This document shows positions 37,801 through 49,800 of a stretch of 64,000 nucleotides of DNA, piece by piece (within the stretch, counting starts at the first letter, position 1; each line of letters starts with the position of its first letter). Source of the stretch: Mobula birostris. Taxonomy: Eukaryota. The stretch is taken from positions 63,133,107 to 63,197,106 of the forward strand of contig NC_092378.1 in NCBI RefSeq assembly GCF_030028105.1, written 5' to 3'. The notes under the pieces were generated by a model. The model was given only the letters and a program-made list of their open reading frames with translations. It was not told where the DNA came from and made no database searches. Made by a program: the position numbers and the translations under genes.

Positions 37801-40800
37801 TTTACAGGAGCCACCGACACCCCTAACCAACCCCCCCCCCCACTCTTGCATAGAACTTAACTACTTTCTTACCTCCCCCTGACCTGATCTTTCTGACCAT
37901 GCACTACCCAACCCTGACCTTACTCTTTTCGTGGACGGATTCTCTTCAATCTCCCCTGCAGGCGACCGGGTGGCTGGCTATGCTGTGACATCCCCCTCCC
38001 AGACCTTAGAAGCAGCGGCCCTTAAACCTCCCGTTTCGGCCCAGAAGGCGGAATTGTTTGCCCTTACTAGGACTTGCATTTTCGCCTGGGGAGTCAGCGC
38101 AAATATATATGTGGACTCCCGCTATGCCTTTGGCGTCGCCCATGACTTCACATCCCTCTGGGCGCAGCGTGGATTCCAGACCTCGACGGGCAAACCTATT
38201 GCCAATTCTGATTATATCTCCAACTTACTTAAAGCCATACTGTTGCCCTCCAAATTGGCAATTATTAAATGCGCTGCCCATTTAACAGACACCTCCTCGG
38301 TGACCAAGGGTAACTCCCATGCCGACGCGGCAACGAAAGAGGCGTCCCTACTTGGCCCCTGGGAAGTGAGCACAGAACAGCGTGCATTGCTATCACGCAG
38401 ACCCCCTAATGGTCCTGACATATCCACCATTTTGCAGTCCCAGGGGGACGCCCCTGAGGCTGAAATTGACCTGTGGCGTGACCACAGTTGCGTTCAAGAC
38501 TCTGTAACGCGTCTCTGGCAGACACCAGCGGGACAAATATGTGCCCCAGATGCATGGTTACCCCTTCTTGTTGATAAACTACACACTGATACAGATCTGG
38601 GCAAGCAGGGAATGTGTGCGATATTGCTAAGAACCTGGTGGAGCCCTAACATGCAGGAGGCAGCAAAGGACAGAGCCAGGCGATGCCTAACCTGCCAGAA
38701 GGTAAACCCTGGAAAATCTATCAAATGTGAAAGAGGCCGGACTCCACTTCCGCGAGGGCCTTTTCAAGTGTTACAAATGGACTTTATTGAGCTGCCTCGA
38801 GTACACTGTTACAAATATTGCTTGGTGATAGTAGATGTGTTTAGCAGGTGGATAGAGGCTTTTCCGACCACCAGTAACAAAGCAAGTACGGTGGTTAAGA
38901 TACTAGTAAAGGACATCATACCATGATTTGGAATCCCCTGTCGCCTGTCTTCAGGCAATTGGCCGCACTTCATTGGAAAGATCAATAAGGAACTCTGTGA
39001 ATTACTAAAGATAGACCAATAGACCAGCAGTTCCATTGCTCCCACCACCCTGTAGCGGCAGGACTGGTGGAAAGGGTTAATGGGATACTAAAGGACAAAT
39101 TGACTAAACTAACCCTAGAGACCAGACAGAACTGGTTGAAAGTGCTTCTGCTGGCATTATATCATATGCGGATCACTCCCCAGATTGGGACATGACTAAC
39201 TGCAGCAGAGATAGTTTATGGACGACCTGGTAGGACTCCCTGGGACAGTGACAGCCCTCCCCCTCCCATAGTGGATTTACAAGTAATGGGACAAGAATTA
39301 CAGGATTATTGTAGGCAATTAACACTCTCTTTGAAGTTCCTCCATACTCAGGTTGTGGAAGCCTGTAAGGAGGGAGCAAACGACAGCGACTGGCCTAACC
39401 CCGAACCTGGCGACTGGGTGCTGATCTGAGACTGGGAAAGACCAAAGTTGGGACCTTGGTGGAAGGGACCGCACCAGGTCCTCCTGCAGACCTCTTCAGC
39501 GGTCAAGGTGGAAGGACAAGAGCGCTGAATCCATCTGAGCGACTGTAAACGCTGGGACCCAGAATCACCAGGAACTATGAAGGACTAAAAGAGTACTGAT
39601 AATTGTACTAAGATTGTCCCCTGTGTATGATTGAACTTTATCTTTTTGGAGTGCCACAGCCCTAAAACCATGCTCAGGGGGATGGAAGGTAGGAGAACTT
39701 TGATTGTTTGTATCCTTTTAGGGATAGTAGAAACTATGGGTAGGATCAGGGGACGAGTACATACCTGCGATACAGAGCGGGAAAATAGGGTATATCATCT
39801 TTGCAGTCAGGATGTTCTGATGTGTAGGGGTGACAGGGATGATGAATTAGGGGAATGGAACATTACCAAGATCAATTACTGTACCGGAAAGCTCGAGCAA
39901 CCAGACCGCTGGGCTAGTCCTGGACGGAAGGAACTCTTGGGTCCTCCCTTGTCGGTACCGAAACTGCAGGTTTGATTTTGACTGCAGAAGGAACCGAATG
40001 AAGAACCAACTGGAAAACCAGTCCTAAAAAGGAAGGTGTTCCTGGGGAGCCCAAAAGGGACCTCAACATCCTTAGTGGGCTCAAAGAGGGGCGCCTTGAA
40101 AAAAAAGGAATTGGGGTTTCACTGAAAGCTCCATGCTTGGAAGGCCCCCCCTTGGGATATATCAGTGAAAATTACTTTCAAAAGGTACATAGACAATTAT
40201 TTGGAACCACTATCATCTGTTATCTTACCCCCACGAGTGTCTCCTCCCTATTCACTACCTTCCCACACTGGGACTGCACTTACCAATCTTTCCGGCGCGC
40301 CCCCCGCAACAGTACCCTGCCTAAGGAAAGGAGGGTGAAACTTACCTATGACCCCACCAAGACCCCTGTGGCGGACTGTCTATTTCCTCTGGCTAACATT
40401 ACATGGACAAGTAGTGACCACCGTTACAGTACAGAATGGTTTAAGGGAGACCTCTGGTGGAAGGGCAACCCCAAACCCCCGCGGGGAGGCCCAGGCTACG
40501 AGAACTGTTACAACAGAACAGTATGGAGATGCTCTGACATTTTTGCCTGCACACCCTTCGCCTGCCTATATGACGTCTGCGAAAGAAGGCAGTGTCACCC
40601 CTCGAGCAAAGGGCAGAGCGTCACCTGTACCTGTAGTAAGTCGAATTGTGTGCCCCTCTCCCGGGGAGGACACCACCTATGTGGAGAAGGAAACCGCACA
40701 CACCTCCGAGTCTACAACCACCTGTTCCCCTGCCCGGACTACATCGAGGGGACCAAATGGGCCTCCTGTCCTCCCGGTAAAAGCCCAAGTGCCTGGAAGG

Positions 40801-43800
40801 ACCATGGGTATCTGATGACAGCCAAGGGTGTATTGAAACCCTGTACACTTCTCAGGGGTATTTCTTCTTCTACAATGGCACCGCCACCTGCAAGACTTAA
40901 GAGAGAGGTTTCCCAAGAGTTCTGCGCGGACTACCGGAAACTGACTACCCTCACCCCGGGACAAGTGGCTGGGTATGGGGTGGCTGGCTTTTTCTCCCTA
41001 GGGGACTTAATGCCGACAAAACCAATGATGGTAGTGAAGAACCCTGTAGAAGCCGGTGAGCTGCTTGAACCGATACCTGAGGATTTCCATGATAATGGTG
41101 GTTATCATTGAGATGATAAAAGGAGGGAATGTGTAAGTGAAAAGGGGGTTAGAGTATGGGATAGGAAGGGTTAAATGGTGTATGTGACCTGGAAAATATA
41201 GCAGTGGTGGGAACTAGACAACAGAACCGGGCACGGTTAGGATGTTGCAACTGCATGCTCATCACTTAGAATAGAAGCGCTTACTGACCTGTACCTCTGC
41301 ACGTGAAGCTGTTGTGACCATGATGAAATTGCTAACCACAAAACCGTCACAAGCGTGGACAGGGGAAACAGGTTCTAACTGAAACCATTTCTTTTGGATA
41401 TAAATGTAACCTTGTACTAGTGCTAGGCAGAGTTGATTACCAGACGCTGCAGATGCGTATGGTGGTTACCTTTCCTCGGATCAAATTAAATAAAGAATTG
41501 CTCGAGCGAAAATGTGGCCTCTGAGTGTTTTCTCCGACTGAATAACGAATCGGTATGGACAGCTTGGGTGTTCAACCAATATGCAAAAGACAAAAAGAAA
41601 GAAAGGAAATAAGCAAGCAATAAATAAATATTGAGAACATGAGGTGAGGAGTTCTTGAAAGTGAGTCCATAGGTTGCGGGAACATTTCAATAGTGGGGTA
41701 AGTGAAGTTATCCCTTGTGGTTCAAGAGCATTTACAGACAGTAACAGAATATAACAAAAAGTAATATATTGATTTTGGTACATCTTAAAAGGGAGGGAAA
41801 ATACATTATAAAAATATTGCTATTGCTTTTCATCTACTGTTTTAAGAAATTTGCAAATATTCTCCATTCTGTCTCTTCCCTCAAATTCCCATTTGTAAAT
41901 TAGGATTTTATTTTACCACAGACTGAGGGACAAAAATCTTATCCTGTGTTGTCTGTTTCTAAACTGACATAAACTTAATTAATTCGTGTTCATAATTTGA
42001 GGCAATGAAATCTGGAGAGTCACTGCACTGTACTTTTCTGAATAATAAATACATTTACAGATGGATTCTGACAAGTGAGTTGTTGTGACTTTGGCAATTC
42101 TCAGCTGTGTGGGAATTCAACTCAAGGCTTCCTTTTTCTCTTGAATGAAATCAGATTGCAATACAATGCGTCATCAGTCTGTTGATGCTGGTGAAAGGAC
42201 AGAATTCTCTGCCGCCTGTAATTTTTTTTTGCCACTGGCCTAAAGTGAACTTTCTTCCAGAATGATTTCAACCAGTAGGTTTAGATGTTCAAAGTAAATC
42301 TATTATCAAAGTACACATATGTCATTATATATAACCCTGAGATTAAATTTCTTGTGGGCATTCACAGTAAATATAAAGAAAAACAATAAAATCAATGAAA
42401 AACTGCACACAACGAACAACCAACATGTAAGACAACAAATTGTGCAAATACAAAATAGAGAAAAAAACATAATAATAATAATAAACAATTACATTGTGAG
42501 CCTAAGGGCCTGTACTGTGCTGTACTATTCTATGTTCTATATTCTAATAAATATCAAGAGCATGAATTGTTGAGTTCTTGAAAGTGAGTCCGTAGGTTAT
42601 GGAATCAGTTCAGTGTTGGGATGAGTGAAATTATCAACACTGTTCAAGAGCCTGATGATTGAGGGATTATGATTGTTCCTGAAGTAATGATGTGAGTCCT
42701 GAGGCTCCTGTACCTCCTTCCTGATGGCAGCAGTGAGAAGAGAGCATGACCTAAATGGTAGTGGTCCTTGATGAAGGATGCTGCTTTCCTGTGACAGCAC
42801 TCCATGTTAATATGCTCAGTGGTTAGGAGAGCTTTACCGTGATGGACTGGGCTGCATCCACTACTTTTTGTAGGCTTTTCCATTCAAGAGCATTAGTGTT
42901 TCCGTACCAGAGCATGATGCAACCAGTCAGTATACTCTCCACTGCGCATCTATAGAAGATTGTCAAAGTCTTAGTTAACCTGCCAAATCTTTGCAAACTT
43001 CTAAGAAGGTAAGGCATTGCCTTGTCTTCTTTGTAATGACACTTACATGCTGGACCCAGGACAGATCCTCTGAAATTATAGTGCCAAGAAATTTAAAATT
43101 GTTGACTCTCTCTACCCCTGATCTCCTGATAAGACTAGCTTGTGTACCTCTGGTTTCCTCTTCCTGTAGTTTTTTAATCAGTTCCTTGGTTTTGCTGACA
43201 TTAGGTGACTTATTGTTATGATTTGTTACCATTCAGCCAGATATTTAATCTCCCTTCTATATGCTGATTCATTACCATCTTTGGCCAACAACAGTAGCCT
43301 CAAAGTATAAAGTGAGTAGAGAAAGGGGCTAAGCATACACCTCTGTGGTGCAGCTGTAGTTATGGTGACATTGGAGGAGATGTTGTTGCCAATCCAAACT
43401 GACTGGGATCTGCAAGTGAGGAAATCAAGGATCCAGTTGCACAAGGCGGCATTGATGCCTAGGTCTTGGAGCTTACTGATTAGTTTTGAGGAGATGATAG
43501 TGTTGAATGTAAACCTGTAATCAATGAAGAGCATCCTGATGTGTGTACGGTATCTTTAATAACCTGATATTCCAGGGTTGAGTGATGAGCCAACGAAATG
43601 GCATCTGCTGTGGACCTGTTGTGACGGTAGGCAAATTGTAGCAGATCCAAGTCGCTCCTCACACAGGTGTTGATATGTTTCATGACAGTGGATGTAAGTG
43701 CTAACGAACGATGAGGCAGGTTACAACATTCTTGGGTATGATTGTGGCCTGCTTAGAGCAGGTGGATACCTCAGACTGCCAAAACAAATGTTCAGTTGAT

Positions 43801-46800
43801 TATGCATTTAGAAAGTAATTTTAACATTTATTGAGCAGAAATTATTCTAGTAATGTAAAGTACTTTTAAAGTCAAGGACTCTGTCTAGAGTGGACTCCAG
43901 AGTCTTGTCAAAACTGCCAGTGAGCTATGAGATAAATGAAGCAATGGTGACTGATATTACAGCAAGAGAGAAGTAATTCGGAACTTGATGTGTTTGTTCA
44001 GCAGCTCCAAAACGAAAAAGAGGAAGACCAGCAGGAACACAGCAAAAGAAATCTGAGGGAGCAGGAACTAAGCGAGCCAAAACAGAAGCAAAATCAGGGG
44101 GAAAGCAAGAGAAAATCACAGATTCTTTTAAAACTGTGAAGAGAAAAATTGATCGCTTCAACGGAATAACAGAAGCTGAGCTTTTGACAAAAACCCTACC
44201 AGATATATTGACCTATGGCTTGGACATCGTGATTGTAAGTAATGTTTCTTGTGAATTTTATTTCAGAGTTCTAAGTTCAAAGTAAATTTATTATCAAAGT
44301 ATATGTCACCATATACTACCCTGTGATTCATTTTCTTGTGGGCATTCACAGTAAATACTAAGAAACACAATAGAATCAATGAAAATCTGCACACAACAAA
44401 AGTACAGGGTGCTAATGTGCAAAAGGTGTCAAATTGTGCAAATACAAAAATAAGCAAAATAATAATAAGTAATATAGATCGAAAATATGAGTTGCAGAGT
44501 CTTTGAGAGATAGTCCGTGGAATTAATTCAGCATTGGGGTGAGTGAAGTTATCTTTCTTGGTCCAAGAAGTCTGTTGGTTGAGAGGTAATAACTGTTCCT
44601 GAACTGGTTGTGTGGGACCTAAGGCTCCTGTACCACCTCCCTGCTGGCAGCAGCGAGAAGAGAGCATGGCCTGGATGGTGGGGTTCCTTGATGATGGATG
44701 CTGCTTTCCTGAGACAGTGCTTCTTATAGATGTGCTCTTTGTAGGTTTGAACTTGTGGTTAAATGCTCATAAGATTATTCATGATCCATTTTTAATTTTC
44801 AAAAAAGCTCCTGAAGAAATAAGTTCAAGACCAATCCTCCACAGTCCTCCAGAGCATAGAATTCCAAAAAGTCACCGCCCTCCTCTCAGTCTAAAGGTAT
44901 AGCCCTTATGCTGAGAGTGTACCACTAATTCTACATTCCTCATCTGTGGGAAGCATCCTTCCTACATGTGGAAATGTGAGGTGCTCTACTATGGTGCACA
45001 AAACAGAAAAGCAGTGTTTTTGTTTAAAGGTGACAGTTAAGGGTAAATTTGATGTTCCAAGAGACTTGTGTTCTCTGCACACCAGTCCCTGAAAGTTAAT
45101 GTACAGGTGCAGCAAGTGAAGGGAAGGCAAGTGGTACGTTGGCCCTTGTTGGGAGAGGATCAGAGTATAGCATTTTCCCGCAATTTTATAGTCTTGAGAT
45201 CACAAATGGAGTATTGTGTTCAGTTTGGAGTTATGAAGATATACCTGTCATGAGGGAGTGCAATGATGAATCACTGGATTGGTTCCTAAAATGGTGATCT
45301 CAGATTCGGGTATGTCGAAACACAGTGAAATGTGCCATTCGCATTAACAACCAACCCACCCAGATATATGCTGGGTGCAGCCCGCAGGTATCACCGCAGT
45401 GTTTAGATCTGCCATACAAAGCAAGACTACACTGGCTCAGCACTCCAGATTTCAAAAACGCAAGAGGCAATCTCATTGAAACTTCTAAAATTCTTACAGG
45501 ACTTAACACTCATCATTTTTTTAAAAACTGCGTTGTGCACAACTGAGTCCATGTCAGATCTCTGAACCGGGAATGTAGCTGTTACTGCTCTCCTCCCTTT
45601 CTCTGAAGACTTGTAGTTCGCTTTTATTTTAAGTACTGATCCATTTCTCTTCTGAACGCTACAATTGAATCTATCACCTTTATCCTTTTAGCAAGTGCAT
45701 TCTGAATGCAAGTTTCTAGCTGTGCTCATGTCATCTTTGATTCTCAATCCTTCTACTGAAGGCAATAATTCTCATTCTACTCTGTCTGAAAACATTGTTT
45801 TGAACATCCCTTTCACATCTTCTTTCAGAACAATTCAGTTTCTATAGCCTTTCTTTGTCACACAGCCTTCATCCCTGAAACTAGGTTAGTAAATTGCTGC
45901 CCTTTGGGTCCTACCTAAAGTGCAACAACAGAATAGAATGCAGTATTCCTGTTGTGATTGAACCACTGGGTTTTGTTATAACAGAGAAGGATTCTTATGT
46001 GAGAATGCTGTTCTTGGACTACAGTTCAGCATTCAACACCATAATTCCATCTAGGCTCGACAGGAAGCTCAGAGACCTCGGCCTTAACCCTGCCTTGTGT
46101 AGCTGGATCCGGACTTCCTGTCAGTTCGCTGGCAGATGGTAAGAGTGGGCTTCCTCATCTCCACCCCTCTGATTCTCAACACAGGAGCCCCTCAGGGCTG
46201 TGTACTAAGTCCCCTCCTTTACTCCCTGTATACCCATGACTGTATCGCCACCCACAGCTCTAATCTGATAATTAAATTTGCCAACAACAGTACATTGATT
46301 GGCCTAATCTCAAACAGTAATGAGGTGGCCTACAGGGAAGAAGTCATCTCTCTAACACAGTGCTATCAAGAAAACAACCTCTCCCTCAATGTCGCAAAAA
46401 CAAAGGAGCTGGTTGTGGATTACAGGAGGAATGGAGACCGGCTAACTCCTATAGACATCAGTGGATCCGGGGTTGAGAGGGTAAACAGCTTTAAGTTCCT
46501 CGACATCCACATCACGGAGGACCTCACATCTGTACACATCAGCTGTGTGGTGAAAAAGGCACAACAACGCCTCTTTCACCTCAGATGGTTGAGGAAGTTC
46601 AGTATGGGCCCCAGTTCCTAAGAACTTTCTACAGGGGCACAATTGAGAGCTTCCTGACTGGCTGCATCACTGCCTGGTATGGAAACTGTACTTCCCTCAA
46701 TCGCAGGATTCTGCAGAGAGTGGTGCGGACAGCCCAGCGCATCTGTAGTTGTGAACTTCCCATGATTCAGGACATTTACAAAGACAGGTGTGAAAAAAGG

Positions 46801-49800
46801 GCCCGAAGGATCACTGGGGACCCAAATTGCCCCAACCACAATCTATTCCAGCTGCTACCATCCAGGAAACAGTACCGCAGCATAAAAGCCAGAACCAACA
46901 GGCACTGGGACAGCTTCCTCCACTGGGCCATCAGACTGATTAACTCACACTGATTTGAGTTTATTTCTATATTACATTGACTGTTCTATTTATTATAAAT
47001 TACTACAATTGCACATTTAGACGGACACATACGGTAAAGATTTTTACTCATGTACGTGAAGGATGTAAGAAATAAAGTCAATTCAATTCAATAACCTCAG
47101 TTTTGGAATACATGTTCCTTTTCGAAGTTTGAGATTTCAATTGCTTTGCTTTTAACTGTTTTCTCAATGTGCTTCGCCACTTTTAAAGCTTTATACACAC
47201 AGGTTTCCCAGTTACTGCACATCTTTATTATCATTCTACTTTTTTCTTGCAAATTTCTCATTTCAAATATTTGTGTTAAGTTTTATCTGCTTCTTCCAGT
47301 GGCGTGTCTATGTTTTGCTGTACTATCATACACTTCAGTGTTTACTGTACTTATAATTTTGTATGGTCTAATTTTTAAATTCTTCATTGTGCAGTTGAAT
47401 TCAGATTGTTAACTGTGGTCCAAAAACAGCTTTAGAGTGGCACTACAGTCCATCTTCCTCCAGTCCACACACAACACATCATCTGCATTGCCCCATCAAT
47501 CTGTATTAGCTCATCAAGAAAAAGACAAATGTGATTTACCTTTTACAAATCACTGCTGACTTTAGTCCATACTCATCTAAGTATTTTTAAAATTATAATA
47601 TTGCTTCTAACCACTGCTGTAGTTAAATTCACTGATCTGCATTTTCTGCATTTATCCTCACTCTCTTGAAGAAGAATGTAAAATATCAAATTCTCCAGTT
47701 CTTTGACCCTGTGTCTAACTATCATTGGTATCTTATGAAACAAGTTCCTCTATCTAATCACAAAAATGTTAACTTAGTTCATATATAATCTGCATTACAA
47801 TCCTACACTAATTAGAAAGCATAAAGTAAAATTCTTATGCTGATGCTTGAATGAATGGAGTGAATTTGTTAACATGAAATATTGCATTTCCTGGCATTAA
47901 TGAAAGCTGGAACTGTACTGATTTCTTTGATGACTAGATGCAGTGGTAGAAATATAACCTCTATATTTAGTTGACTGGACTTTGCTGCGAGTGCCCTAAT
48001 TGCCACTTAGGGGTGCTAGTGATCTTTTGATTGCTGTTCAGTATTTGGTTTTGAATCCCAGCTCTTCTTTATTCATGTCACTAATGCAATAACACTCTCG
48101 CTATTTAAAATACTAAATACTTGGAGATGTACTTCTCTGTACAGACCTTTGGCTGGTATTGATTCCTCTTATAAACAATGCTGGAGATTAGCAAAGTCCA
48201 GAAGCCCAGATGTTTTAAATTCAACAGTCAAGAGTTTAGTGTTTTTTTTTCTCATGTCCTTAGAGTCATAGAGCATTGCAGCACAGAAACAGGCCCTTTG
48301 GCCTATGTGTAGTCTGTTCCAAACTATATTCTGCCTCGTCCCATTGCCCTCCACACCCCTTCCATCCATGTACTTGTACAAACTTCTCTTAACTTTTGGC
48401 ATCCATCAAACCCACATCCGCCACTTCAGCTAGTAGCTTGTTCTATACTCACACAAACCTCTGAATAAAGTACTGCCTCCTCATGTTCCCCTTAGATGTT
48501 TCACCTTTTATCCTGAACCTATGACCTCTAGTTGTAGTCTCACCAGAACTGCAGACAGTATTCAAGTTTGGTCTTGCCAACATCTTATACAACTTAATCA
48601 TAACATTCCGTCTCCTGTACTCAGTACTTAGATTTATGAAGGCCAGTGTGCCAAAAGCTTTCTTTACGATCCTATCTACTGGTGTTGTCACTATCAAGGA
48701 ATTATGGATTTCCATTCCTAGATCCGTCTGTTCCACTGCACTCCTCAGTGCCCTACCGCTCATTGCATAAGCCCTTCTTCAAAGATAGAAAAGGGAAATA
48801 ATTTGTCTCCTTGTAGAGAGTTAAGAACACTATATTTCTGGGAGTGAATGTTGAGAATGAACGATCTCACCTGGTCTCTCACCACCATCTCTTTGGTCAA
48901 GAAAGCACAACAGCATCTCTACTTCCTCAGGAGATTGAGGTGAATGAAGCTCCTCCTCTCTTCCACCACCCCCCACCCCCCATTCTAACCAATAACTGTC
49001 TGATACGGAATTACAAGTCCCTACAAAGCATTGAGAGGACTGCTGAGAGGATTATCAGGGTCTCCGTGCATACACAGTGCCCTAGTTATTTCTATGATTC
49101 CTCTGTCCATTCACCAATCTCTTTGGCCCTCTACCATCAGGCAGGAGGAACTGTAGCATGAGGACAAGAATAGTTAGGATGAGAAATAGCTCTCCCCCAC
49201 CCCCCGGCCATAAGAACTCCCTGCCACCCAGGTTTGACCACTTATGAACCGCCAGTAATGATATATTGTTTACTTTTTAATTTGTTTCATAAATGCACCT
49301 TATTATTTGTTAATTTATTTGTGGTAATATAACTGTTGTATGTGAAGTATGTGTATTGTGTTGGGCACCTATATCTGGAAGAATATTGTTTCATTTGGTG
49401 GTATAAATGTGTATGGTTGAATGACAATAAACTGAATTTAAACTTAATAGTGGAGCTTTAAAAATAATTTTTAAATCATTAAAAAGTAGTCCCTAAGCTA
49501 TCTGGTTTGGACTAATCCTTCAATTTCCTTTTCTATTCTTGTACTTGAAATGAGGATAGAGATTTATTGTGATCTTGCCTCATAAAACCAAGCCTGAATC
49601 AGTTTTTAATTGGTAGGCTGATATCCTGCTGGCAAGATCCAAGATGTGACATTATGATATTAGGGAGCCACAACGTGAACACTTCATGGTGCTTGCCTTT
49701 TTCTAATTATTTCACCCTCCAAACTTAACACCTCTGTAAGCTGTACTCGTAACCATCCCCTTCACCTCATCATCTCACTGCCTCTGCAAATTGAACCAGT

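Larger units (their letters stand above)
29791..41561 (+). mobile_element. Endogenous retrovirus provirus (gamma/epsilon-like), internally deleted, in TDG intron 2
   Basis: Paired LTRs TG...CA, 4-bp TSD GCTT (29787-29790 / 41562-41565), PBS, gag, RNase H-integrase, env, PPT AAAAGGAGGGAA (41118-41129). It splits an older LINE tail (29650-29790 / 41562-41730). Confidence 0.95.

Noticed and set aside
40137-41111. Co-opted secreted Env (suppressyn-like)
   Set aside because: The signal-peptide ORF is cut off by stops and frameshifts near 39975-40000, and near 40800-40900 another frame ([15 protein letters not shown]) looks more Env-like, so the open frame is probably partly accidental.
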